Shown here: positions 1 to 9,021 of the stretch, one piece after another
Layout: every line of letters begins with the position of its first letter
Position numbering within the stretch: position 1 is the first letter of the stretch
IMG/VR virus record: IMGVR_UViG_3300030329_006012
Location: 1 to 64,000 of that record
From: a virus
Reading direction: 5' to 3' (one strand)
DNA length: 64,000 nucleotides
Made by a program: the position numbers and the translations under genes
The notes under the pieces: generated by a model
Database searches by the model: none
Told to the model about the DNA's origin: nothing
What the model saw: only the letters and a program-made list of their open reading frames with translations

Positions 1-612
1 GATTTTGATCCGGAACCGTTCTTTAAGAAATGTTTTGATAATGAAGTGTCTCTCCTCAAAGAAGATGTCCAGCCAACAGATAGTCAAAAGGCCGACTTCG
101 AAGCACAGGGCGTAGGAATTATACCAGAGGTAATCCCTGCCCTCAACGAGTACTTCGGAGAATTTAGTTTGGTTTCTTCGGAAGAAGAAATCCACGAAAA
201 GTTGGACTTTAAGACAGATGACAGTTTCACATTTAAAGGATATGTTGATTGCCTGATAAAGACTCCAGACGGAAAATATCACGTCATCGATTGGAAGTCT
301 TGCAGTTGGGGTTGGGATATGCGAAAGCGCACAGATCCGATGGTAACTTATCAGCTTACATATTACAAACATTTTCTTTCTGAAAAGCGGAACATTCCAA
401 AAGAAGATATTGAAACTCACTTTGCCCTTCTCAAGAGAACGGGGAAAAAAGATAGGGTTGAATTGTTCCGTGTTACGTCGGGAGAAAAAAAGACAAATAA
501 TGCCCTTAAACTTCTTGAGCAGTCGGTTTATAATATAGATAGACAAAATTATGTTAAGAACAGACTCTCCTGTTCTCGTTGCGATTTCAAGGGGACTGTT
601 CACTGCCCATAG
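1..612 (+). CDS. PD-(D/E)XK nuclease, Cas4/RecB-like exonuclease (5'-truncated by window edge)
   Basis: Frame is open from base 1 (DFDPEPFFKK...). Motifs GYVDCLI...VIDWKS, QLTYY and C-terminal CSRC-x7-C resemble Cas4-like Fe-S nucleases. Confidence 0.8.
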   Translation, partial: DFDPEPFFKKCFDNEVSLLKEDVQPTDSQKADFEAQGVGIIPEVIPALNEYFGEFSLVSSEEEIHEKLDFKTDDSFTFKGYVDCLIKTPDGKYHVIDWKSCSWGWDMRKRTDPMVTYQLTYYKHFLSEKRNIPKEDIETHFALLKRTGKKDRVELFRVTSGEKKTNNALKLLEQSVYNIDRQNYVKNRLSCSRCDFKGTVHCP

Positions 613-620
613 GTGAACTT

Positions 621-1880
621 ATGAAGAAAAAGATTTTAACTTTATCCGACCACCCCTTCTCCCCTAGTGGTGTCGGCACACAAACAAAATACGTTATCGA
701 GGCCCTTCTCAAAACTGGAGAATATCAAATTATTTCTTTAGGCGGGGCCATAAAACATCAAAATTATCAACCCATTAAAACTGAGCAATGGGGAGAAGAT
801 TGGATTGTACACCCCGTCGACGGGTACGGAACACCAGATCTAGTCAGATCTGTTATTCGTTCTGAGAAGATCGACATGGTTTGGATAATGACCGACCCGC
901 GCTTTTGGGGTTGGCTCTGGGAGATCGACGACGAAATCCGCTCGGTGTGTCCCATAGTCTATTACCACGTGTGGGACAATTACCCATATCCCACCTACAA
1001 CAAGCAGCACTACCTTTCCAATGACGCCATCGCCACGATATCAAAGGTGACAGATGATATTGTAAAGACAGTAGCCCCATCAGTTGAGAGCAAGTATATT
1101 CCTCATGCAGTGAATGGAGACGTATTCAAGCCACTACCTGCAGAGAAAATTAAAGAATATAAAACTAGAACTCTAACTCCCACTGGCGGCGCAGACAAAT
1201 TTGTATTCTTCTGGAACAACCGAAACGCTCGCAGGAAACAAAGCGGCTCGCTGCTTTTTTGGTACAAGGACTTGCTGGATCGGATTGGCAAGGACAAGAC
1301 GTGCCTGATCATGCACACTGATATTACTGACGCTCACGGTCAAGATTTAAAAAAGATAATCGAAGAGCTGGACATGACAAATGGCGAAGTAATGTTTTCA
1401 ACAACTAAGGCGCCTGCAGAAGAGTTGGCGAATATGTATAATATGGCAGATTGTGTTATAAACGTCGCCGACGCTGAAGGCTTCGGCCTTGCAACACTAG
1501 AGGCCCTATCTTGTGAAACACCAATTATCGCAACCATGACTGGCGGACTTCAAGAACAAGTCACAGATGGTGAAAGTTTTTTCGGAATTGGAATCGAGCC
1601 GGCATCAAAGGCAATTATAGGATCTCAGGACATTCCTTGGATTTACGAAGACCGCTTAAATGGTGAAGATGTCGTCAATGCCATGCAGATGATGGTCGAA
1701 ATGCCATCAGAAGAACGCTTAGCACTTGCAGCAGCCGGCCGCCAACACGTACTCAAGAACTATAACTTTGAAGATTTTGAGAAGACGTGGGTAAGTTTTA
1801 TAAAAGAAGTTATGGACAAGAATGGTAGCTGGGAAGACAGAAAAAATTACAGCACGTGGACTTTGGAGGAGATTTCATGA
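621..1880 (+). CDS. Glycosyltransferase, GT-B fold, GT4-like (#1)
   Basis: N-terminal TLSDHPFSPSGVGTQ, NRNARRK and AEGFGLATLE (E-x7-E). ATG 621 follows AGGTGA. Confidence 0.9.
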   Translation: MKKKILTLSDHPFSPSGVGTQTKYVIEALLKTGEYQIISLGGAIKHQNYQPIKTEQWGEDWIVHPVDGYGTPDLVRSVIRSEKIDMVWIMTDPRFWGWLWEIDDEIRSVCPIVYYHVWDNYPYPTYNKQHYLSNDAIATISKVTDDIVKTVAPSVESKYIPHAVNGDVFKPLPAEKIKEYKTRTLTPTGGADKFVFFWNNRNARRKQSGSLLFWYKDLLDRIGKDKTCLIMHTDITDAHGQDLKKIIEELDMTNGEVMFSTTKAPAEELANMYNMADCVINVADAEGFGLATLEALSCETPIIATMTGGLQEQVTDGESFFGIGIEPASKAIIGSQDIPWIYEDRLNGEDVVNAMQMMVEMPSEERLALAAAGRQHVLKNYNFEDFEKTWVSFIKEVMDKNGSWEDRKNYSTWTLEEIS

Positions 1881-3127
1881 AAAAGATAATTGTAAAAGGA
1901 CCAGCATTAAGTGCCTCCGGATATGGCGAGCATGCCCGTTTCATCTTGAGAGCCCTTAGAAAAAGAGAGGATGTTTTTGATATCTATCTTCACAATCTTT
2001 CGTGGGGCAAGACAGGCTGGCTATTCGAGGATTCCGAAGAACGCCGCTGGATTGACGAAATAATCAAGAAGACGGCAGTTTATCTTTCGCAGAACAAGGG
2101 GAGAGTCTTTTTTGACTTTTCTATGCAGGTTACGATCCCCAACGAGTTTGAGAAGATGGCAGCCGTCAACATTGGCGTAACTGCCGGCATTGAGACCACC
2201 AAAGTAGATCCATCATGGCTCCAGAAAGCAAACGAGATGGATAAGCTGATTGTTGTCTCAAGTCACGCAAAGCGCGGCTTTGAAGAGACCAAATATCCCC
2301 TCCTCAACGACCAACAGCAGCACGTGATGGATCTGGAATGTAACATCCCTGTCGAGGTTGTTGGCTATCCTGTGAGAAAGTTCGAAAAGGCAGATGTAGA
2401 TTTTAAATTTGATACAAAGTTTAACTTCTTATCTGTTGCTCTCTGGGGACAGAGAAAAAACATGGTAAAGACAGTGGAGAACTTTGTTGAAGAGTTCCGA
2501 TATGACGAAGATGTCGGATTAATTCTCAAAACAGCGTTCAGAAGTGGGTGCACCTATGATAAAGAAAATATGAGACTGTCATTGCAGAACATTTTGTCCC
2601 AATATCCTGATCGCAAGTGTAAGGTCTATCTTTTACACGGAAGACTTAGTGAGAGTGAATTGGCAACTCTCTATGAGCACGATTCTGTAAAGTGTATGCT
2701 TTCTCTTGCACATGGCGAAGGCTTTGGGCTTCCCTTGTTCGAGGCAGCTTCAATTGGGCTTCCCGTTGTTGCTACCGACTGGAGTGGCCAAACAGACTTT
2801 TTATACGCTCCCCAGAAAAACAAAAAAGGTAAAGAAAAGCTAAAAGGGCTTTTTGGAAAAGTGTCTTATGACTTACATAAGGTCCAGCAGGAGTCCGTAT
2901 GGGAAGGGGTCATAACCGCAGATTCAATGTGGGCCTACCCAAAGGACAATTCTGCAAAAGAGAAAATGAGAGATGTCTATAAAAACTATGATCTGGCGCT
3001 CAGTAAAGCAAAGAAGCTGAAGGAATATGTTGTAGTTGAGTTCGACTCAGAAAAGATGTATGATAAGTTGGTTTCTCACATCCCAATTACCCCAGAGGCC
3101 TCTAAAGACGAATTCATGGTGCTATAA
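1877..3127 (+). CDS. Glycosyltransferase, GT4-like (#2)
   Basis: GPALSASGYG, RKN and GEGFGLPLFE...PVVATDWSG. ATG 1877 follows GGAGG and overlaps the upstream stop (ATGA). Confidence 0.88.
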   Translation: MKKIIVKGPALSASGYGEHARFILRALRKREDVFDIYLHNLSWGKTGWLFEDSEERRWIDEIIKKTAVYLSQNKGRVFFDFSMQVTIPNEFEKMAAVNIGVTAGIETTKVDPSWLQKANEMDKLIVVSSHAKRGFEETKYPLLNDQQQHVMDLECNIPVEVVGYPVRKFEKADVDFKFDTKFNFLSVALWGQRKNMVKTVENFVEEFRYDEDVGLILKTAFRSGCTYDKENMRLSLQNILSQYPDRKCKVYLLHGRLSESELATLYEHDSVKCMLSLAHGEGFGLPLFEAASIGLPVVATDWSGQTDFLYAPQKNKKGKEKLKGLFGKVSYDLHKVQQESVWEGVITADSMWAYPKDNSAKEKMRDVYKNYDLALSKAKKLKEYVVVEFDSEKMYDKLVSHIPITPEASKDEFMVL

Positions 3128-4338
3128 TGAAGTTTATATACATAAGTCAATTTCACGATAACTGTGGGTACGGCTCTGCGGCCCGTGGATATCTAAAAGC
3201 TCTCAGCAACCATTTTTCCCCCGACGACCTCAAGATTCACAGCGTGTCATTGGAGAGAAGAAATAGTATTCTTAAAGACTCAGATGTGGAGCTGCTGGAC
3301 AAGTATTCTTTTAAAGATCTCGCTACAGCCGAAAAGTTTGCAGAAGAGGAAGAATATGTGGTGGTGTGGCATATGCCCCCTCCAATGGTGACGTTGGCAG
3401 AGAAGTATGCGCCTTTTGATCCAACTTGGAAGTGTATCAAGATAATGATGGAAAATGGTGTTCGGAATATTAATATTTCGGCATGGGAGGCAACAGGGAT
3501 CCCAAGAGCCTGGGAAGATATATATAAAAACATGAAAACCACAGATGTCATTGTTCCGAGTACATGGAATCAGGAAGTGTACAGCAAGAAAATAAAGACC
3601 CACTATGTGCCCCATATCATGGAAACGCCCCAGTATGAAACCATTCCAATGGATATGCCAGTGGATTTTGAAAATAATTTTGTTTTATTCTCTATGTCAC
3701 AGTGGTCTCATCGTAAGGGGTTTGACTCATTAATCAGAGCGTTCTGCATGGAGTTTGGAGAACAAGAAGATGCATATCTTATCATAAAGACTTATGGCGT
3801 CATCGCAGACTCTTATCCTGTTTCGCAGGAGGAGCAGGCAAGGTCGATAACGAACGAAGCCTTAAATTACAAAAATCAAGTGCAACTAGAGTACGAGAAA
3901 TCTCCAAAGTGTAAGCTCGTGGTAATTCCAAAGGTCTTGCCAGAGGAGAAGATATCTTGGCTCTATGAGAACTCCACCGCTTTTGCTCTTTTGACAAGGG
4001 GCGAAGGCTTCGGACTTACTGTTGCCGAAGCGACAATGTTGGGCCTCCCCGTTATTGTCCCCGATTCCGGTGGCCACACAGATTATTTACAAGAGTATGA
4101 TAATAAATACCTTACGGAAGGACATTGGACGCCATACTTCGGGCTTCCTGGTTATAGCTGCGAGATTAGTTGGTATGAACCAGACATCGCTTCAGCACGT
4201 TCAGCCCTTCGCCAGTGCTACAATGATTGGAAAGACGGAAAGATTTCTAGAAAACCCAATCCTGCGGTATCTTTTACTAAGGCGGAGGTGGGCAAAAAGT
4301 TTACGACCATCTTAATGGAGGTTGCACATGGCGGTTGA
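3127..4338 (+). CDS. Glycosyltransferase, GT4-like (#3)
   Basis: CGYGSAARGY, HRKGFD and GEGFGLTVAE...GLPVIV. Confidence 0.88.
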   Translation: MKFIYISQFHDNCGYGSAARGYLKALSNHFSPDDLKIHSVSLERRNSILKDSDVELLDKYSFKDLATAEKFAEEEEYVVVWHMPPPMVTLAEKYAPFDPTWKCIKIMMENGVRNINISAWEATGIPRAWEDIYKNMKTTDVIVPSTWNQEVYSKKIKTHYVPHIMETPQYETIPMDMPVDFENNFVLFSMSQWSHRKGFDSLIRAFCMEFGEQEDAYLIIKTYGVIADSYPVSQEEQARSITNEALNYKNQVQLEYEKSPKCKLVVIPKVLPEEKISWLYENSTAFALLTRGEGFGLTVAEATMLGLPVIVPDSGGHTDYLQEYDNKYLTEGHWTPYFGLPGYSCEISWYEPDIASARSALRQCYNDWKDGKISRKPNPAVSFTKAEVGKKFTTILMEVAHGG

Positions 4339-5332
4339 TATAATTAAGGAAAAGGTTGCAGAAATAGATTTTGATACTTCTCATGGATTTAAGACTGCTA
4401 TTTGCGTGTTAGCATATAACCGGCCCGACTATTTTAAGGAAGTGGTGGAATCGATTGAGGCAAACACAGAGTCTCATGAGTTGCCCGTTTTCTTCTTTTT
4501 AGATGGGGGCCCCAACTCGACAACAAAAGAGAACATAGAAATTATAAAGTCTTGCAAAAAGATAAAAAACAAATTTGTAATCGCGAGAGAAGGAAATATC
4601 GGATGTTCGAAAAACCTAATTGACGCGAGGCGATTTGTATTTGATAAAATGGGTTTTGACTTGGCTTTTATATTTGAGGATGACCTCGTTGTATCTGAGA
4701 ATTATGTTCGTCTTCTTTTAAACGCCTATAAAGACCTCTCAGAAAAGTATGAGAATATTGGGATGTTGCAGGCTTGGAATTTGGATGAAGATGCCAATGT
4801 TGAGAACCCAGATGAAGAAAAGTTATCTTCTTTCAGGGTAATAGAGGACACTCACTTGTGGGGATACCTCATGCCACGAAAAGCGTGGGATCAAATCAAG
4901 GAGAGAATGTATGAGTATGAAAAAACATTTCATGATCCGCTCCCGAAGAATGGCATGGGCAAGATTGTTTTCGAGAGCAACTTAGGCGCTGTAAGAAAGT
5001 TCATGCATGAAAGTTGGAGTGAACCACCCTCTCAGGAAGGGAACCCCTCGATTATAGTTGACCCCTTTATTGAAAAAAAGAAGGGGAGATTCTTTGGCCC
5101 TAACGCACCCACTGGCCAAGATATTAATACGGAATTAAACTTATCTTCAAAGGGGCTTGTTCGCCTCGTTGCATGCCAGAACAGATCAAGATATATTGGC
5201 AAGATTGGCCTTCATGCGACGCAGGCCATATGGGATAAGTGGGGTTTTGGTACTATTAGGCTAGTCAATCACCGTAGCGACAAACTTGTTGAGAGGTTTT
5301 CTGTAGTGGGGGACACTGCGAGGAATGAGTAA
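4322..5332 (+). CDS. GT-A fold glycosyltransferase (GT2/GT13-like)
   Basis: ICVLAYNRPDYF, FFLDG, NIGCSKN, IFEDDLVVS (DxD-type), LWG and RSRYIGKIGLH. Confidence 0.75.
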   Translation: MHMAVDIIKEKVAEIDFDTSHGFKTAICVLAYNRPDYFKEVVESIEANTESHELPVFFFLDGGPNSTTKENIEIIKSCKKIKNKFVIAREGNIGCSKNLIDARRFVFDKMGFDLAFIFEDDLVVSENYVRLLLNAYKDLSEKYENIGMLQAWNLDEDANVENPDEEKLSSFRVIEDTHLWGYLMPRKAWDQIKERMYEYEKTFHDPLPKNGMGKIVFESNLGAVRKFMHESWSEPPSQEGNPSIIVDPFIEKKKGRFFGPNAPTGQDINTELNLSSKGLVRLVACQNRSRYIGKIGLHATQAIWDKWGFGTIRLVNHRSDKLVERFSVVGDTARNE

Positions 5333-6035
5333 GATTATTGTGTGTGGCTCGAAAAGGTACGTGAATATCAAATTTGACAAACTGGTAGACTCTTTCGATG
5401 AGATAGTTAGAACCAACTTGTTGCTTCCTGATGATGGGTATGGCCTCCGAAACCCGACGATACAGCCTATCAATTGCCATATGTGGGCAAAATATAAAAA
5501 GAAGGTGCCCTTATCGGGGTGGAAAGAGTATATAAAAAGGGGCGTGACAGAAGATTATATAAAGAGGTTTAAGAAATTTATTGATTCTGCCACTGATACG
5601 AAGTTTGTAACTTATACTCGCAATAACACGTCAAAGATGAAGAATTTTTGTAAAAAGAAGAATATTAATGCAAATATAAGGAAAGAAATACGTAATGGCC
5701 TCTCTTATGTTGCAGAGTGCCTATCTTCTGGCAAAAAACCTTTTCTTATTGGATTTTCTCTTTCAAAGGAGGACTACGAATTTAGTCAGGTCCACGGAGA
5801 TAGGAGAAGAGCAGATCGAAAAATTAATGACGCCCATCATTCTAGGGGTTCCGAAATAGAGTTGATAACAGAGCTCCACAACAAGGGATACATTGATGCC
5901 TCCTTTTGTTGTATCTGCGACGAAAAAGAGCTGCGGTTTTGCACAAAAGTCATAACTCCCACCCCCAGATCCCTTGAGTTGGCGAAGAAGCTTCTTGCTA
6001 ATGACCAGTGCGCCAACAGCGAGGATAAAGTATGA
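5325..6035 (+). CDS. GT29-like (sialyl/Kdo-transferase-like) protein
   Basis: Sialylmotif-L-like IIVCGS...VDSFDEIVRTN...GYG, S-like NGLSYVAECL...FLIGF and VS-like H-x4-E (HSRGSE..I.EL...G.I). Confidence 0.6.
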   Translation: MSKIIVCGSKRYVNIKFDKLVDSFDEIVRTNLLLPDDGYGLRNPTIQPINCHMWAKYKKKVPLSGWKEYIKRGVTEDYIKRFKKFIDSATDTKFVTYTRNNTSKMKNFCKKKNINANIRKEIRNGLSYVAECLSSGKKPFLIGFSLSKEDYEFSQVHGDRRRADRKINDAHHSRGSEIELITELHNKGYIDASFCCICDEKELRFCTKVITPTPRSLELAKKLLANDQCANSEDKV

Positions 6036-6958
6036 TGGAAAAATTTAACAACAAGCCTGTGTTTCCCGTTTCACCTTCTTACGATCCGGATGGGAGCCTA
6101 AGCACCACCGGTAGTATAAAGTATGTGAAGTATCTGGAATCTAACGGCGCTGAAGTAATCATGACCACGGCAGGCACCTCTCAGTTCAACTTGTTATCTC
6201 TGGCAGAAATCCGAGAACTGAACATTTCTGTGTGTAATAATTTTAAGAAAATTAAAATAGTGGGCATCCCGGCACTATCAAAAAGAGATCTGGTCGCTGA
6301 GATAAAGTTCTACGACAAGCATATTGAAGACAAGAAAGACGTTGTTCTGCTGCTTCTGTATCCTGAGAGGTTTTATGATAATGAAACGGTGTCTCGCTAT
6401 TTTTCCGATGTAGAGAAAATTTCTGACTTCAACCTCATGATTCACGGTAAGGAGATAAGAAAAGGTACCGGTGGAATTAAAGAATATGATGCAGATCTGT
6501 TAAATCACATATTGGCCAAAACAAGTAAAATTATAGGCATGAAGGAAGAGTGTGGAAGTTTTGAATTGGGCTACGATACCATTAGAAAGCTGCCAGAAAA
6601 CTTTATAACGATAGTTGCAGGAAAGAGCATTAGGAGATACGAATTTCTTAAAAAAGCTGGCGCAACCACCTTTCTTTCTGGTGTAGGGAGCTTTTATCCA
6701 CAGTTTGAGGTGGAATACTTTTCTTCAAAGAATAGGCAGGATTTCCTAGATATTGAAAATAACCTTTTTGACACATTTATGTCAATTGGTTGGCACAAGA
6801 GCATGAGAAATGCTATAAGGTACATGAAGGTGGGGTGTGAACACGATAGGCAACCATTTCCTACCTTCTCCCCGCAGGAGAAGAGGGAAATAGTAAGCAG
6901 ACTTAGAGAAGTCGAGGAATTTTTGAGTTCCGTCGAGGAGGCCCACGATGAAGCATGA
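6032..6958 (+). CDS. DHDPS/N-acetylneuraminate lyase family class I aldolase
   Basis: PVFPVSPSYDPDGSL, TTAGTSQFNLLS (cf. GTTGE..LS) and Schiff-base Lys motif IIGMKEE. Substrate not assignable. Confidence 0.75.
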   Translation: MMEKFNNKPVFPVSPSYDPDGSLSTTGSIKYVKYLESNGAEVIMTTAGTSQFNLLSLAEIRELNISVCNNFKKIKIVGIPALSKRDLVAEIKFYDKHIEDKKDVVLLLLYPERFYDNETVSRYFSDVEKISDFNLMIHGKEIRKGTGGIKEYDADLLNHILAKTSKIIGMKEECGSFELGYDTIRKLPENFITIVAGKSIRRYEFLKKAGATTFLSGVGSFYPQFEVEYFSSKNRQDFLDIENNLFDTFMSIGWHKSMRNAIRYMKVGCEHDRQPFPTFSPQEKREIVSRLREVEEFLSSVEEAHDEA

Positions 6959-7604
6959 TAAGTTATCCACAGTGTGGTCGAATTCGACACGCAAATGGCG
7001 CCATTTGGACTATACCGACGCCGTGTCGAAAAATTATGAATTTCTCTCTGAGTGCACGAGAGAGTTTGATAAGGACGAAATTGAAGAAGTTGTAGATTGG
7101 GGCCCCGGAGGAGGGTGGCTATCAAAGTTCTTTGTAGACTGTGATATCCACCTAGTAGATATCGTCTCCTCTAATTTGGAAGAGTCCGCCGAGAACGTCA
7201 GGGCCACAGCAAGGTCGGTAGAGGCACATCACATCAAAGACATCGAAGAGGCCAATACACTGGGTTCATTATCTCCCGATATTCTAATGGCGTTTTCAGT
7301 TATATACCATTTCCCGACAATTGAATACTGGAAGTCGGTGTCTGGCTTGTGGAATCAGATGTCTCCTCGCTATATTGTGGGACGCACTTTCCTGACCAAT
7401 GGCGATTCATGGCAACGCTCGGAGAAGAAATACGCAGTAGGGAGAAATTATCTTCGCGGAATCGTTTTAAATAAAGAGGAATTTATAAATTCTTTCCCTG
7501 ACTATAAGATAATATATGAAAAGAAGATAAGCCAAAAGTATGATAGGCACGGCGCCCCCGCCGATCAATATTCATATGTTTTTCTCTTTGAGAGGAAAGC
7601 GTGA
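6948..7604 (+). CDS. Class I SAM-dependent methyltransferase
   Basis: Motif I VVDWGPGGG, HLVDI and AFSVIYHFP. Confidence 0.8.
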   Translation: MKHDKLSTVWSNSTRKWRHLDYTDAVSKNYEFLSECTREFDKDEIEEVVDWGPGGGWLSKFFVDCDIHLVDIVSSNLEESAENVRATARSVEAHHIKDIEEANTLGSLSPDILMAFSVIYHFPTIEYWKSVSGLWNQMSPRYIVGRTFLTNGDSWQRSEKKYAVGRNYLRGIVLNKEEFINSFPDYKIIYEKKISQKYDRHGAPADQYSYVFLFERKA

Positions 7605-8293
7605 AGATAGCAGTCATACCAGCCCGTGCCGGATCTACTAGGTTGAAAAACAAAAACACACACCCGCTGAAGGGCAAGCCACTTATTAGGTGGGTGACAG
7701 AAGCAGTTATAGAGTCGCGGTGTTTTGATAAGGTGGTCATCTCAACCGACGGTGATGATATTTTTGATGCTGTGGCAGACTTGAATGTTACTCGCCACAA
7801 ACGACCAGGCTCCCACGCCACGGTCAGCGCAACGGCACTTGATGCGATGCTAGACTATATGCAAAATAACCCTCCCTTGGGGGCGGAAGCGGAAGATGCA
7901 ATTTTTGCTTATTTTCTCCCCACTTGTCCGTTTGTATCTCCTGTCGACATTAAGCGCGGTATGGAACTACTGGAGTGTAGTGGGTCTAGATGCGACACCG
8001 TAGTCAGTATGACCCAGATCCCAGAAACAATTCAGTTGGCGTGTGTCATGAAGAACGATTGGGTTCTTCCCGTTTTTGATAACCTAGAGTGTGGACTAAC
8101 TAATAGCAAATTTATTAAAAGATACTTTAAACCATCTGGGGCATTCTATATGGGACGTTGGGATAAGGTATTACAAAATAAAAACTTCTTTAAAGGAAAC
8201 GTAAAGGGTGTTATAATACCACCAGAGAGGTCAGTTGATATAAATAATATTAATGATATTAGGTTTGCAGAATCTATGCCGGAGGGAATATGA
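7601..8293 (+). CDS. Acylneuraminate/Kdo cytidylyltransferase (NeuA/KdsB family)
   Basis: IAVIPARAGSTRLKNKN...L.GKPLI, VVISTD, LPTCPF, SGAFY and SVDINNIND. Confidence 0.88.
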   Translation: MKIAVIPARAGSTRLKNKNTHPLKGKPLIRWVTEAVIESRCFDKVVISTDGDDIFDAVADLNVTRHKRPGSHATVSATALDAMLDYMQNNPPLGAEAEDAIFAYFLPTCPFVSPVDIKRGMELLECSGSRCDTVVSMTQIPETIQLACVMKNDWVLPVFDNLECGLTNSKFIKRYFKPSGAFYMGRWDKVLQNKNFFKGNVKGVIIPPERSVDINNINDIRFAESMPEGI

Positions 8294-9021
8294 AAGTTCA
8301 TAAAAAATGGCTCACAAAAAATAAAAAAGATCAAACCAAAGAAAATAAGGATAAGTTTGTTTTTACAAATAATCACGGCTGTGCATTTTTGAAAGCTGAT
8401 TTTATGTCATCCCTAGATTCGAATTCAAAACTGAAAATGATGGAGATAGGCTGTCAGGAAGGGAACGTCTCGATTAAATTGATAAAAGAATATCTTCGAC
8501 ACAGTGACAGCAGGATGTATTGTCTTGATCTGTTTCCTCCTGACAAGCTCGGCATGGAGAGAAATTTTGATCACAACATCAGCTTGTTGGGCGATGATGC
8601 AAGCAAGGTAATCAAGTGTTCGGGCCCCTCATGGAAGAGTTTAAGAAATTTAAGTACAGAAGAAAACTTTGAAAGTTTTGATCTGATCTATGTTGATGGT
8701 TGGCATGGAGCACACGGTGTGCTGGACGATGCTGTCTTGTCTTGGAAGTTATTAAAGGTGGGGGGCTTTTTAGTGTTTGATGATTATTCTTGGTCCAAGG
8801 CCGGCATGAAAGATTTCCGCAAACCTAAACTAGCTATTGATTCTTTTATAAAAATCTTTAAGATTTTCTTTAATGAAACTAAAGCAGGCAATCAAAAGTG
8901 TTTTAAAAAGACAGTTTCAAACGACATGGAAATCAGACGCTGCCAAGAGAAGGGCGGCTCTGATGAGCTTTCGTCAAAATACTTTGTAGATTTAAAAGAG
9001 GGGGATAGTTATGAGCAATAA
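8290..9021 (+). CDS. Class I SAM-dependent methyltransferase (Methyltransf_24-like)
   Basis: MEIGCQEG, YCLD and FDLIYVDGWH...DAVLSWKLLKVGGFLVFDDY. Confidence 0.85.
   Translation: MKVHKKWLTKNKKDQTKENKDKFVFTNNHGCAFLKADFMSSLDSNSKLKMMEIGCQEGNVSIKLIKEYLRHSDSRMYCLDLFPPDKLGMERNFDHNISLLGDDASKVIKCSGPSWKSLRNLSTEENFESFDLIYVDGWHGAHGVLDDAVLSWKLLKVGGFLVFDDYSWSKAGMKDFRKPKLAIDSFIKIFKIFFNETKAGNQKCFKKTVSNDMEIRRCQEKGGSDELSSKYFVDLKEGDSYEQ

Noticed and set aside
579-620. Upstream extensions of ORF starts in the track (579, 1856, 9777, 11104, 11545, 11822, 54098, 54960, 62208, 62819)
   Set aside because: Downstream ATG/GTG codons have better RBS or stop-start coupling and match the expected domain N-termini.
6032-6958. 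Assigning dapA (lysine biosynthesis)
   Set aside because: The catalytic Tyr position appears to be His, the context is glycan synthesis, and no other dap genes are present, so no symbol was given.
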